Source: an uncultured Lachnospiraceae bacterium (GTDB lineage: Bacteria; Bacillota; Clostridia; Lachnospirales; Lachnospiraceae). From it: a DNA stretch of 64,000 nucleotides. The notes beneath the pieces are model-generated. The model saw only the letters and a program-made list of their open reading frames with translations. It made no database searches and had not been told where the DNA came from. Shown one piece after another: positions 1 through 10,586 of the stretch. The stretch is taken from positions 573 through 64,572 of the forward strand of contig CAJTPF010000017.1 in assembly GCA_910578175.1 (NCBI GenBank), written 5' to 3'. The translations under genes were made by a program, and so were the position numbers. Each line of letters begins with the position of its first letter. Within the stretch, counting starts at the first letter, position 1.

Positions 1-241
1 GGGAACAGACGCCCTATGGGGCCGGCATATGCGGGGGAGTCATCCTCCACGGCCGGGAGAATCTGGAAAAGGCGTACTATGGGATACATACCTGACCGGA
101 GAGGGCAGGACAAGTTATGGTGTAAAAAACAGGACACGGCAGTCAATATGCTGCTGGTCCTGTTTTTTTATTTTTTTGTTGAAAAAAGACGTATTCAATG
201 CGTAAAGAATAAGTATAAAGGAAAAAAGGAGATGAAAAACT

Positions 242-1999
242 ATGTTAATTGCAATCGACCACGGGAACAAACAGATGAAGACGATCCACAGCAGGCCCTT
301 TGTGTCCGGGCTGGTGGAGAGCATTGCCAGGCCGTTCGGCAGCGACATCCTGGAATACCAGGGAAAGTTTTATACGCTGTCAAACCAGAGGATTCCTTAT
401 AAAAGAGATAAGACGGAGGATGACCGCTTTTTCATCCTTACCCTGTTCGGGATCGCAGAAGAACTCCATTTAAAGGAAAGGTATGGGGAAGAGGTGGTGC
501 ATGTCTCTCTTGCAGTGGGGCTTCCGCCAGCACATTATGGGGCGCAGAACCAGTCCTTTATACGGTATTTTTCCAATAGGGGCATTGTAAACTTCCAGTA
601 CCGCGACAACCCGTACACCATCTATATTGAGGATGTGCGCTGCTATCCACAGGCTTTTGCGGCGGCAGTGACCATGATGGACAGGCTGTTAAGCCAGTGT
701 AATATCATTCGGAATCATCTGATCAGCCAGAATTATCTGGATACCGGGAAATCAGAGTCTATCGATGCGGAACTGGCCCAGTTATCTTCCATGTATGACG
801 GCAGGGTATTGATCATTAATGATAATTTTACCATCATAAAAGATACATATGTCATGGATGAAGGGAAAACAAGCATATCCGGAAATGTGATCCGGTGTTA
901 CCGCGGGGAAAACATTTCCTATTACAGTTCAAAAGACCATTATATTGAGATTGGTTTATCACTGACAAATGAAAATAAACATGTTATAGGTGTATTACTG
1001 GTAACCTTTTCTACTCTGGATGTGGAAGAGAATATGGATAAGATTGAAAGCAGAATGCTGGTGGCGGAATCAGTGATTGCAGTTATAGAGTTTATGATCT
1101 CCTTTTTTCTGGCCAGAGAACTGGTAAAACCCTTTGATACCATTGAAGCCTCCATTGACAAGATTTCCAACGGATATTTTGATGAAAAATTATCACTGGA
1201 CGGATATAAGGAGACGGAAGAGATTGCGGATGCGTTTAATACCATGCTGCTGAAGATGAAACAACTGGATGAATCCCGGCAGGAATTTGTATCCAATGTA
1301 TCCCATGAATTAAAAACGCCGATCACCTCTATTAAGGTACTGGCCGATTCCCTGTTGGTACAGGAGGAAGTTTCCAACGAAATATACCGGGAGTTCTTTC
1401 GGGATATTGTAACTGAATTGGACAGGGAAAATGCCATTATCACGGACTTACTGACCATGGTACGTCTGGATAAAAAGAATACCACGCTGAATTTTGTACC
1501 GATCAATATCAATGAACTGGTGGAAGTGATATTGAAGCGTTTAAGGCCCATTGCCGCAAAGCGCAATATTGAAATGGTACTGGAAAGTTTCCGTCCCATC
1601 ATAGCAGATGTGGATGAGGTTAAAATTACCAGCGCCATCTCAAATCTTGTGGAAAATGCCATTAAATACAATGTGATAGACGGATGGGTAAGGATCACCC
1701 TGAATGCGGATTACCGGTATTTCTATTTAAAAGTGGCGGATTCCGGAATCGGTATACCGGAGGAATCCCAGGAACTGGTATTTGAGCGGTTTTACCGGGT
1801 GGATAAGACAAGGGCAAGGGAGACCGGAGGAACCGGACTGGGACTTGCGATCACCAAAAATATCATTTTACTGCATGAAGGCGCTATCAAAGTATACAGC
1901 AAAGAGGGAGAAGGAACGACTTTTACAGTGAGAATTCCGTTGAATCATATTACGGACAGCAGGGAACAGGTGCAGACGATCATGATGGACAACGCATAG
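242..1999 (+). CDS. Sensor histidine kinase (HAMP + HisKA H-box SHELKTP + HATPase_c with N/G1/G2 boxes). The ~265-aa N-terminal domain starts with an ASKHA/ParM-like phosphate-1 motif (IAIDHGNKQMK).
   Basis: H-box VSHELKTPITSI, N-box LVENAIKYN, G1 DSGIGIP and G2 GGTGLGLAI are all present. RBS aaaggag lies upstream of the ATG at 242. No response regulator is adjacent, and upstream is non-coding. Confidence 0.8.
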   Translation: MLIAIDHGNKQMKTIHSRPFVSGLVESIARPFGSDILEYQGKFYTLSNQRIPYKRDKTEDDRFFILTLFGIAEELHLKERYGEEVVHVSLAVGLPPAHYGAQNQSFIRYFSNRGIVNFQYRDNPYTIYIEDVRCYPQAFAAAVTMMDRLLSQCNIIRNHLISQNYLDTGKSESIDAELAQLSSMYDGRVLIINDNFTIIKDTYVMDEGKTSISGNVIRCYRGENISYYSSKDHYIEIGLSLTNENKHVIGVLLVTFSTLDVEENMDKIESRMLVAESVIAVIEFMISFFLARELVKPFDTIEASIDKISNGYFDEKLSLDGYKETEEIADAFNTMLLKMKQLDESRQEFVSNVSHELKTPITSIKVLADSLLVQEEVSNEIYREFFRDIVTELDRENAIITDLLTMVRLDKKNTTLNFVPININELVEVILKRLRPIAAKRNIEMVLESFRPIIADVDEVKITSAISNLVENAIKYNVIDGWVRITLNADYRYFYLKVADSGIGIPEESQELVFERFYRVDKTRARETGGTGLGLAITKNIILLHEGAIKVYSKEGEGTTFTVRIPLNHITDSREQVQTIMMDNA

Positions 2000-2021
2000 T
2001 GAAACGAAATGGAGTTTTGAG

Positions 2022-2957
2022 ATGATTTATAGAAAAAAAAGCAGAAGCCATATGGCGGTTATTATTTTTCTGATTCTTACAGCATTGCTCCTGGGTGCAT
2101 GCGGGGAAGAGCATTCGGAGGGAGCATACGGGGACATTCATTTATATTTTGTGGACAGCAATCAGACAAAACTGGTCACCATGACATACGGATTAAAAAG
2201 CGGGACTGTTTCCGGTCAGGTAGAAGAAGTGCTGGAACAGATGAATAAAAAATCCAAGAAAATAAATTATCTGCCGGCCATTCCGGATCAGGTCCATGTG
2301 CTGAGTACCAGCGTTACGGATAAGATTTTATATGTGGACTTTGATGCCGGTTATCTTCAGATGAAGGTTGTGGAGGAATTATTGTGCCGTTCGGCAATCG
2401 TGTTGACCATGTCACAGTTGAACGAGATCGATTATGTGATTTTTACGATCAATCAGCAGCCGTTGGCCGATGCTTCCGGGAATCCCAGAGGCAGTATGAA
2501 AGCTTCGGATTTTGTAGGCGAGTCCGGTTCCAGCATTAATGCCTATCAGGAGAAAAAGGCAGTGTTATATTATGCCAATGAATCCGGAGACAGATTGGTG
2601 GCGGAAGAGTACAGCGGTCTCTATGCACAGAATACGCCGGTTGAAAAATTTATCATTGATCGTCTGATGAAGAGTCCTTCCGGCCATTCTTTAAAAAGTC
2701 CCCTTCCGTCGGATTTAAAGCTGATCAGTGTAACTACAAAAGACGGTATCTGTTATGTGAATTTTGACAGTACATTTCTGGAGGAAACTCTAGGGGTGAC
2801 GCCGGAAGTACAATTGTACTCCGTTGTAAATTCGCTGGTGGAACTGCCGTATGTAAATAAGGTTCAGATCAGCATTAACGGGGAAACCGACCGGAAATTC
2901 AGGGATTACGTTTCCCTTCGGGATGCCTTTAACCGGAATCTGGATCTCATAGAATAA
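2022..2957 (+). CDS. GerMN-domain lipoprotein (YycH/GerM-like, two GerMN repeats)
   Basis: The signal peptide carries a lipobox (LLLGAC). The HLYFVDSN and YYANESGDRLV motifs are typical of GerMN domains. It sits immediately downstream of the kinase, as in walK-yycH-like operons. Confidence 0.55.
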   Translation: MIYRKKSRSHMAVIIFLILTALLLGACGEEHSEGAYGDIHLYFVDSNQTKLVTMTYGLKSGTVSGQVEEVLEQMNKKSKKINYLPAIPDQVHVLSTSVTDKILYVDFDAGYLQMKVVEELLCRSAIVLTMSQLNEIDYVIFTINQQPLADASGNPRGSMKASDFVGESGSSINAYQEKKAVLYYANESGDRLVAEEYSGLYAQNTPVEKFIIDRLMKSPSGHSLKSPLPSDLKLISVTTKDGICYVNFDSTFLEETLGVTPEVQLYSVVNSLVELPYVNKVQISINGETDRKFRDYVSLRDAFNRNLDLIE

Positions 2958-2989
2958 CAGGAGGGATATGTATAAAACGACCGCTTTTC

Positions 2990-5431
2990 GTGATTGCAGC
3001 GGCCTTGATACTTGGAGAATATATATATAAAATTTTGGGGAGTTCTATTGGGAGGTTTTTAGTTTTTACGGCCGTTCTTTCCGGAACGGCTGTTTTTTTA
3101 AATATTTTTGTCAGGTTCATTTTAAAAAAACAAAATGGAACCGGGAATGGAAAAAGGAAAATCCTGTTTAAAGGAACGGGAATGATTCTGGTCATAGCGA
3201 TTTCCGTGGGAGTGGGAGCCGGGCTTTATGACGGGGCAGCAGGACAGACAGAGAAAATCAGGCAATTCTGCAGAGACGGCAGCAGTTATGATATCTATGG
3301 ACGTATAAAAGAAATAGGGGAAAGAAAAGAAAACGGAGCAATATATGTATTGCTGGAGCATGTCAGAATAGGGGATGCCGAAGGTTCCGTGAAAATCGGC
3401 GGAACCGTTCAGGTGGTGTTTGAGAAAACAACCGTATGGTTAAGACCGGGGCGGGATATCCGGCTGACAGGCACTTTTGCGGAGTTTCGGGAACCAAGGA
3501 ATGAAGGAAGTTTTGACAGTCAGACTTATTATTACAGTATGGGGATTTATGGAAGGTTCTATGCGGAACCGACGGATGTCCAATGGGTGAAAAAAACATA
3601 CTGCCGGTACCGGAACGGGATAATGTATGTCCGAAAGGTTATGCAGAACCGTCTGTATGATATAACAGAGGAAAAATATGCCTCTATATTGGCCGGAATC
3701 CTGTTGGGCTGCAAATCGGAAATCCATGGCGATACAAAAGATTTATACCGGATGGCAGGAATTTCCCATTTGCTCAGTATATCCGGGCTGCATATATCCA
3801 TGCTGGGAATGTGTGTATACCGGATGATGAGGAAACGCTTCCGTTTTGCCGTTTCCGGCGGAGCCGCCTCTGTTTTTGTGATTTCATATGGTATGATGAC
3901 CGGAGGCGGAGTATCGGCGGAACGGGCAGTGATCATGTTTCTGTCAGGTATTGTGGCGGATATGACCGGCAGAACCTATGATGTGATATCAGCATTATCT
4001 CTTGCCGCCATTCTGATCACGGCAGACATACCCATGGCACCGGAGTCGGCTGCCATGCAATTGTCTTTCGGAGCAGTCTTTGGAATTGTGCTGGCAGGCA
4101 GAACGGTATCCGCATTTTTAAATATAAAATCCAAAATGGTACGGACGGTCATGGTCAGTGAGTGTATCAATCTGATTACAAGACCGGTAATAGCCGTTAA
4201 TTTTTATCAGACAGCTCTTTATTCCACCATGATAAATCTTGCTGTGCTTCCGGTGTTCGGAATTGTACTGTGTGGCGGTTTTATCAGTCTGCTTTTCGGA
4301 TTTTTATGTGAGGAAATTTCCCGTTTTATGGTAATGATGCCGGTGGGGATTCTGAAACTGTATGAAATTTTATGCAGGACATATGAAATGGTACCGGGGG
4401 CTGTCCGGATCACTGGAAAACCTCCGGTTCCGGTACTTTTTCTTTATTATGGAATTATGGCTCTGACCGCAGGTTTCCTTTGGATGACGGTACAAAAGCG
4501 AAGCCGCGGACCGGATGGGACCGGCTGCGAAACTGACTGTGAGGAGTTCTGGTATATCCGTCTGGTCAGAAAAATCGTGATACTAATTGTTTTTGTTTTG
4601 CTGAATGTGCTTGTCTTATACGGACGATCCGGTGAAAACTGTATAAAAATGCTGGATGTAGGGCAGGGCGACAGTATTTATATCGGGACGGAACAGGGGA
4701 CTAGTCTTCTGGTCGATGCAGGGAGCAGTAGTCTTACTAAAGTTGCGGAATATGAAATCCTGCCGTTTTTAAAAGCAAACGGAGTAAAAAGACTGTCATA
4801 TCTGATGGTGACACATACCGATCAGGATCACATCAGCGGAATGATTCCTCTTTTAGCAGAGGAATACGGAAACAGGCCTTATGTAAAATGTCTGATCCTG
4901 CCGGATATTCGGGAAGAACTTCGGGATGAGTCTTATCACCGGCTGGAAGAAGCGGCTTTGGAGCATGGGATTCCGGTATTATATCTGTCGGCCGGCATGG
5001 AGATTAGCGGAAGCAATCTTCAAATCTCCTGTATTTATCCTTCCAAAGAAATTGCATTTCGGGATAAGAACGAATTATCACTGAATTGCTTTGTGTCCGT
5101 TAACGGAGTTACCGCCATGTTTACCGGAGATTTGGAAGAACAGGGAGAAAATTTTCTGATCCGTTCCGGCAGGCTTAAAATATGCCATGTCTTAAAAGTG
5201 GCCCATCATGGTTCCAACAGTTCTACCGGACAGGAATATCTGCGCCTGATACAGCCGGAAACGGCTCTGATTTCCTGTTCTAAGCAGAACCGGTACGGAC
5301 ATCCGGGAACGGAGACTTTGAAACGGCTGGAGGCTGCGGGCAGTCAGGTACACATAACCGGAAATTCCGGACAGATTACCCTTCGCATAGGCAAAAAGGG
5401 AAGATATACGGTTGAAAGATTCAGGGATTAA
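2990..5431 (+). CDS. comEC: DNA internalization competence protein ComEC/Rec2 (competence domain + metallo-beta-lactamase domain)
   Basis: It has the multi-TM competence domain (LSISGLHISMLG) and MBL motifs (HTDQDHISG, VAHHGS). It is followed by holA, as in Firmicutes. Confidence 0.85.
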   Translation: MIAAALILGEYIYKILGSSIGRFLVFTAVLSGTAVFLNIFVRFILKKQNGTGNGKRKILFKGTGMILVIAISVGVGAGLYDGAAGQTEKIRQFCRDGSSYDIYGRIKEIGERKENGAIYVLLEHVRIGDAEGSVKIGGTVQVVFEKTTVWLRPGRDIRLTGTFAEFREPRNEGSFDSQTYYYSMGIYGRFYAEPTDVQWVKKTYCRYRNGIMYVRKVMQNRLYDITEEKYASILAGILLGCKSEIHGDTKDLYRMAGISHLLSISGLHISMLGMCVYRMMRKRFRFAVSGGAASVFVISYGMMTGGGVSAERAVIMFLSGIVADMTGRTYDVISALSLAAILITADIPMAPESAAMQLSFGAVFGIVLAGRTVSAFLNIKSKMVRTVMVSECINLITRPVIAVNFYQTALYSTMINLAVLPVFGIVLCGGFISLLFGFLCEEISRFMVMMPVGILKLYEILCRTYEMVPGAVRITGKPPVPVLFLYYGIMALTAGFLWMTVQKRSRGPDGTGCETDCEEFWYIRLVRKIVILIVFVLLNVLVLYGRSGENCIKMLDVGQGDSIYIGTEQGTSLLVDAGSSSLTKVAEYEILPFLKANGVKRLSYLMVTHTDQDHISGMIPLLAEEYGNRPYVKCLILPDIREELRDESYHRLEEAALEHGIPVLYLSAGMEISGSNLQISCIYPSKEIAFRDKNELSLNCFVSVNGVTAMFTGDLEEQGENFLIRSGRLKICHVLKVAHHGSNSSTGQEYLRLIQPETALISCSKQNRYGHPGTETLKRLEAAGSQVHITGNSGQITLRIGKKGRYTVERFRD

Positions 5432-5473
5432 GGATATAATAATCTGCAGAGAATGATCACGGATGGTAGATAA

Positions 5474-6475
5474 ATGAAGAATATAAAAAAGGATTTGGAG
5501 CAGAAAGATATAAAAAGAGCATATCTGATTTTTGGAGAAGAACGTTTTCTGGTACGAAGCGCTAAAAATATGTTACTCCGTGGACTGGTAACCCAGGGGG
5601 ATACCATGAATTTTACCGGATATTCCGGCAGGGAGTGCAATGCATCCAAGATCATTGATCTGGCGGAAACACTACCCTTTTTTGCGGATTACCGGGTAAT
5701 TCTGATTGAGGACAGCGGGTGGTTTAAGACGGCTGCTGAGGAAATGGCGGAGTATGTCAGACAGATCCCGGAGTCTGCCTGTATCATTTTTATAGAAACC
5801 GAAGTGGATAAACGGAATAAATTATATAAACAGGTAAAGGCTAACGGCTATATCTGTGAATGTAAACGGGCATCCGGCAGGGAGCTTGCCCAGTGGGCTG
5901 CACGGTATCTTGCAAGGGCCGGAAAAAAGATTACCGAAAATGATATGAAATATCTGTTAGAGAAGCTGGGAGATGATATGGATAATATCTCCGGTGAACT
6001 GGAAAAACTGATCGCGTATACCTATGGGCGGGAAGTGGTGGAACGGTGTGATATTGATGCCGTCTGCGTCAGTGAGATCACGGGAAAAATTTTTGAGATG
6101 GTGGATGCCATCGGAGGAAGGAAACAGCAGAAGGCATTGGAACTGTATTATGATCTGATCGCTTCCAGGGAAGCGCCGATGAAGATTCTGTTTATGCTGG
6201 CCAGGCAGTTTAATATCATGCTTCAGATCAAGGAAATGAGCGAATATCATATTCCGGCTTCAGAAATGGCGGCAAAGCTTGGAATGCAGAATTTTATTGT
6301 GAATAAGACGGTATCCCAGTGCCGGAATTTTAAATATAAGACGATCCGAAGCGCATTAAAATATTGTATTCGTATGGAAGAAGCGGTGAAACAGGGAAAT
6401 ATGAGTGATAAAATGGCAGTGGAACTGATCATCATCCGATACAGCCGGGCAGAAGGACAGCAGGAACCGAAGTAA
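5474..6475 (+). CDS. holA: DNA polymerase III delta subunit
   Basis: The N-terminus (YLIFGEERFL) is typical of HolA. The conserved comEC-holA-rpsT arrangement supports the call. Confidence 0.8.
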   Translation: MKNIKKDLEQKDIKRAYLIFGEERFLVRSAKNMLLRGLVTQGDTMNFTGYSGRECNASKIIDLAETLPFFADYRVILIEDSGWFKTAAEEMAEYVRQIPESACIIFIETEVDKRNKLYKQVKANGYICECKRASGRELAQWAARYLARAGKKITENDMKYLLEKLGDDMDNISGELEKLIAYTYGREVVERCDIDAVCVSEITGKIFEMVDAIGGRKQQKALELYYDLIASREAPMKILFMLARQFNIMLQIKEMSEYHIPASEMAAKLGMQNFIVNKTVSQCRNFKYKTIRSALKYCIRMEEAVKQGNMSDKMAVELIIIRYSRAEGQQEPK

Positions 6476-6499
6476 GGAAAGTTATAAAATAAAAAAAGA

Positions 6500-6538
6500 A
6501 ACCGGAGCAGGGAATCATCCTCTGAACCGGTTTTTTTG
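6500..6538. terminator. Bidirectional rho-independent terminator between holA (+) and rpsT (-)
   Basis: The stem aaccgg...ccggtt is flanked by an A-tract upstream and a T-tract downstream. Confidence 0.6.
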
Positions 6539-6571
6539 TTATATTTTGTATAGAATCTAAATCAATAGAAA

Positions 6572-6835
6572 TTAAGCAAGTTTGTTAACGGCCTTGCTCA
6601 AACGTGAAACTTTTCTTGCGGCATTATTTTTGTGGTATACACCTTTTGTACATGCCTTGTCGATTTCAACGGTAGCAGCATTCAGTGCTGCAAGAGCGGC
6701 TTTCTTGTCGCCGGTTTCAATGGCAGCAAAAACTTTTTTAACAGCTGTCTTAACCTTAGAGCGGATTGCTTTATTTCTTGCTGTTTTTGTTGCGGTTACT
6801 AAAATTCTTTTTTTTGCAGATTTGATGTTAGCCAA
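6572..6835 (-). CDS. rpsT: 30S ribosomal protein S20
   Basis: The sequence ANIKSAKKRILVTATKTARNKAIRSKVKTAVKK matches S20. A TTG start is likely three codons inside the listed ORF. Confidence 0.9.
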   Translation of the reverse strand: MANIKSAKKRILVTATKTARNKAIRSKVKTAVKKVFAAIETGDKKAALAALNAATVEIDKACTKGVYHKNNAARKVSRLSKAVNKLA

Positions 6836-7084
6836 TCTGTCCACCTCCGAAATTATTGTTCTGTTTTTTAATGTAAGTATATTTTATTTGTATCAGACTC
6901 ATTGAGAGAGTTTAGAGCCTGACTATTGTTTACATTTTAAAAGACGCGGACGTGTCGAATGTAAACATACTAATGTAGTTTATTCCAAAATCATACGGTT
7001 GTCAATACATAATAACAAAAAAAACGGAAATAATTTAAATATAAGCAGCGTTTTTGAATCTGAGTTTTTGGAAAGGATTGAATC

Positions 7085-8044
7085 ATGCAGGAATTTAAAG
7101 TCAGAACGGATTTGGCAGTTGAACTGAAAGAAGATGTGGCGGCACACAGTTATCCCGAAAACGGCGTCAGCTTTCAGGAAGATTATATATATGACGGAAG
7201 AATAAAAGTTACAAAAGTTATCATAGAAAATTCTGCTGGTGAAGAATTGACCGGAAAACCCGTCGGAAAATATATTACAGTGGAAGCAAAAGAACTGTCC
7301 CAGCAGGATACGGATTTTCACAGGGACATATCAGAAAAGATTGCGGTATATATCAAGGAACTGCTTCCAAAAAAAAGAAAATGCCGGGTATTGGTGGTAG
7401 GACTGGGAAACCGGATGGCAACGCCGGATGCATTGGGACCTGCAGTGGTGGATAATCTGTTCATTACAAGAAATATGGACGAGCAGTTTTTATCGGAGGA
7501 ACTGCTTAAAAAGTGCGGCAAATATGAAGTAAGCGGCATTGTACCGGGGGTTATGGCCATGACTGGAATGGAATCGGCGGAAATCGTGAAAGGTCTGGTG
7601 AAGACCACAAAGCCCCATGTGGTAATTGCCATTGATTCGCTGGCAGCCAGAAATACGGCAAGATTAAATACTACGATACAGATAGCGGATACCGGGATCA
7701 ATCCGGGTTCTGGTGTGGGAAATCACCGTATGGGTCTGACGGAGGAAAGTATCGGAGTTCCGGTGATTGCCATAGGGGTTCCTACCGTGGTAGATGCGGC
7801 TACCATAGTAAATGATACGATGGAGAATATTCTGGATATATTTTCTCTCAGCGATAAATTGAAAAGTATGGCCAAGGTATTAAAAGATTTTTCTCCGGCA
7901 GAAAAATATGCCCTGATCCGGGAAGTTATTGAGCCGGAAATCGGAAATATGTATGTCACGCCCAAAGACATTGATGAAAATATCAAGAGTTTAAGTTTTA
8001 CAATATCGGAAGCATTGAATATTATATGGTCCGGCGGCATATAA
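7085..8044 (+). CDS. gpr: Germination protease GPR (spore protease)
   Basis: The N-terminal RTDLAVE motif is present. The conserved gpr-spoIIP pairing marks a spore-former. Confidence 0.85.
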   Translation: MQEFKVRTDLAVELKEDVAAHSYPENGVSFQEDYIYDGRIKVTKVIIENSAGEELTGKPVGKYITVEAKELSQQDTDFHRDISEKIAVYIKELLPKKRKCRVLVVGLGNRMATPDALGPAVVDNLFITRNMDEQFLSEELLKKCGKYEVSGIVPGVMAMTGMESAEIVKGLVKTTKPHVVIAIDSLAARNTARLNTTIQIADTGINPGSGVGNHRMGLTEESIGVPVIAIGVPTVVDAATIVNDTMENILDIFSLSDKLKSMAKVLKDFSPAEKYALIREVIEPEIGNMYVTPKDIDENIKSLSFTISEALNIIWSGGI

Positions 8045-8065
8045 TGATATTGGACAAAATCTTAG

Positions 8066-9439
8066 TTGATCGTACGAAAAGGGGCAGTCGTTTTGCATAA
8101 TCATTCAATGACAGGAAAAAGCAGGCTGGTTACGGTTATCATTTACAGCCTGCTGTTATATATCGTGATATCCATGATAAGACCGGTGATTCCGAATCTG
8201 GCGGCGGAAGATGATGTTTATCAGTATATGAAGAAAATGATACTTCACGGCATACCCTCTGCGGAATATGTACATAACGTAAATACCGGATTTGATTCGG
8301 AAGCGGATATAATGGGCCGTGTGGTAAAAGATATGCTGAATACACCTTACAGTTCCTATATTGAACATACAGTGGCAGTTAATGTGGCACAGAGACCGGA
8401 ATATCATTTTCTGGGAGACAGCGAGCTTACAAATGAAGAGGCCGTACAGGACATAGCCAATTCCGGCCAGCATACGGGAAATGAACTTACCGGAAATCCG
8501 GAAAGCACTTCCGTAGGCGAAACCCAGCCGGAATCACCGGCAGACGGCAATCCAGGGGAACCGGCCACAGATGGAGAAGAGGTACCGCCGGAGACCACCA
8601 GGACCCAGCCGCCGGCGGAGCAAAATCCGGGTACCAGCCCGGCAGGGATTAATGTGACCCTGCCTGCAAAAGTAAAAGAGATCGATCCCAATATCCTGAG
8701 TTTTGATTTTTTAATGGCAAATTATTATACGGTAGTATCCAGTACGACGATAACGCCGGAGGATTTAAATGCACAAAGCCTGATGGCAGTGGATCTGAAG
8801 ATGCAGCAGGATAACAGCCAGCCGCAGATACTGATCTATCATACCCATGGAATGGAAGCGTTTGCAGACAGCAATCCGGAAGACCGGAATACAGGTATAG
8901 TAGGGGTTGGAAATTATCTGACACAATTGCTGACGGAACAATATGGTTATAACGTTATTCATATAGAAGATTCCTTTGATTATGTCAACGGCGTGTTGGA
9001 CCGAAGCAAGGCATATGATTATGCATATAACAGGATTTCCCAGATACTGGCGGATTATCCTTCGATCGAGGTCGTACTGGACATTCACCGGGACGGCGTC
9101 AATGAAAATAATCATCTGGTGACCACCGTAAACGGGAAGCCAACCGCAAAGATCATGTTTTTTAACGGTATCAGCCGTTTAAACGGGGTCGGGGAAATCG
9201 GTTATCTCTATAATCCGTACCGTTCCCAGAATCTTGCCATGAGCCTGCAGATGAAAGTGCTGGCAGAGGAGTATTTTGAAGGATTTACCAGAAGAAACTA
9301 CATACAGGCATATCAGTATAATCTGCATCTGCGGCCGAAGTCCATGCTGATCGAAGTGGGAGCCCAGACTAATACGTTCGAGGAAGTAAAAAATGCAATG
9401 GAACCCCTGGCAGCTTTGCTGTATATGAAACTGCAGTAA
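8066..9439 (+). CDS. spoIIP: Stage II sporulation protein P (SpoIIP), with a Pro/Glu-rich low-complexity insert
   Basis: It lies downstream of gpr and carries the LIYHTHGMEAF motif and a C-terminal amidase-like region. The P/E/T-rich stretch spans about aa 140-195. Confidence 0.8.
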   Translation: MIVRKGAVVLHNHSMTGKSRLVTVIIYSLLLYIVISMIRPVIPNLAAEDDVYQYMKKMILHGIPSAEYVHNVNTGFDSEADIMGRVVKDMLNTPYSSYIEHTVAVNVAQRPEYHFLGDSELTNEEAVQDIANSGQHTGNELTGNPESTSVGETQPESPADGNPGEPATDGEEVPPETTRTQPPAEQNPGTSPAGINVTLPAKVKEIDPNILSFDFLMANYYTVVSSTTITPEDLNAQSLMAVDLKMQQDNSQPQILIYHTHGMEAFADSNPEDRNTGIVGVGNYLTQLLTEQYGYNVIHIEDSFDYVNGVLDRSKAYDYAYNRISQILADYPSIEVVLDIHRDGVNENNHLVTTVNGKPTAKIMFFNGISRLNGVGEIGYLYNPYRSQNLAMSLQMKVLAEEYFEGFTRRNYIQAYQYNLHLRPKSMLIEVGAQTNTFEEVKNAMEPLAALLYMKLQ

Positions 9440-9440
9440 T

Positions 9441-10553
9441 TTAACGGCAGTTGTCATTTAGCAGGCCGCAGAGGATATCCAGCACCTCGTCCACATGTTT
9501 TGGCCATGCATTTTCTCCCATGTGCCCGATCCGGATAACGGTTCCCGCCAGAGGTCCGAAAGAACCGGCCAGCATAATATCATGGTCCTTCTTACAGATG
9601 TTTAAGATCTCTTCTGCAGTGAATCCTTCCGGTACGTTTATAACGGTAACGGTATTGGAAAAACCGCTGTTCTGATAAAAAGTATAACCGGCCCCGGAAA
9701 GAACCTTCCGGACATGGGAAGCCACCGATGCATGGCGGCCGATGATGTCCGGTTCCGCCTGAATATTATCAAAAGCGGTACGCAGGCCGTAAATATCGCT
9801 GATAGGCATGGTATAAGGAAACCATTTTTTTTCGTAATAATCATCAAATATGGTAATATTGGCATAAAAAGAAGCAATCGGTGTTTTTCTTGCATGCATG
9901 GCGGCTTTCGCCTCCGGGCTGACGGTGACAAAGGTCAGTCCTGCAGGAGCAGATACCACCTTTTGGGAACCGCCGCAGAGAAAATCAATCTGAAATTCAT
10001 CTACATGTACATATTCTCCAAACATGGCGGATACGGAATCAACCACTGTGAGGATCCCGTATTTTTTTAACAGGGGGCAAATCCTGCCGATATCATTCAG
10101 CATACCGCTGGGGGTATCGCAGTGGACAACGGTTGCATATTTAAAATCGTGGTCTGCGGCAAGATAGGTTTCCAGTTCACCGACATCAATGGTTTCATGA
10201 TAATCCGATGTATAAAGGACAGGGATACCGCCGTACAAAGATACAAAATCCTTAAAACCATTTCCGTATATACCATTGTCAATGACCAGGATCCTGTCTC
10301 CGGGTTCTGTCAGACCTGCACAGGCCGTTTCCAGTCCAAGGATTCCCTCGCCGCTTAATATCAGGGTTTCGTTATTTGTATGAAGCAGGGAACTGATCAG
10401 TTCACAGGTTTCCTTATAAAAATCATAAAATTCTTTATCAATATCCGGATTGGTACAGGCAACGGATCTTGCCATTCTCACATTCCCGGCGACCCGGGTC
10501 GGACCGGGAGTCATTAATTTATATCTGGTATCTTCCATAATCAATAAAAACAT
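9441..10553 (-). CDS. PLP-dependent class V aminotransferase (serine-pyruvate/alanine-glyoxylate aminotransferase-like)
   Basis: The N-terminal MTPGPT motif and the Schiff-base lysine context (GGSQKV) are present, giving a class V fold signature. Confidence 0.75.
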   Translation of the reverse strand: MFLLIMEDTRYKLMTPGPTRVAGNVRMARSVACTNPDIDKEFYDFYKETCELISSLLHTNNETLILSGEGILGLETACAGLTEPGDRILVIDNGIYGNGFKDFVSLYGGIPVLYTSDYHETIDVGELETYLAADHDFKYATVVHCDTPSGMLNDIGRICPLLKKYGILTVVDSVSAMFGEYVHVDEFQIDFLCGGSQKVVSAPAGLTFVTVSPEAKAAMHARKTPIASFYANITIFDDYYEKKWFPYTMPISDIYGLRTAFDNIQAEPDIIGRHASVASHVRKVLSGAGYTFYQNSGFSNTVTVINVPEGFTAEEILNICKKDHDIMLAGSFGPLAGTVIRIGHMGENAWPKHVDEVLDILCGLLNDNCR

Positions 10554-10586
10554 CCTTTCTATTTATAAAATTGATCGCGGACAAAA

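Noticed and set aside
16-402. 128-aa ORF at the window start overlapping the kinase start
   Set aside because: It overlaps the well-supported kinase in another frame, has no RBS-consistent start and is Arg/Gly-rich with no coherent composition. It is probably a spurious ORF in the leader region.
940-1698. Long antisense ORFs opposite real genes (e.g. 940-1698, 12920-13465, 15258-15872, 33780-34550, 35557-36096, 48686-49117)
   Set aside because: They are shadow ORFs on the opposite strand of strongly supported conserved genes, with low-complexity or skewed composition and no independent support.
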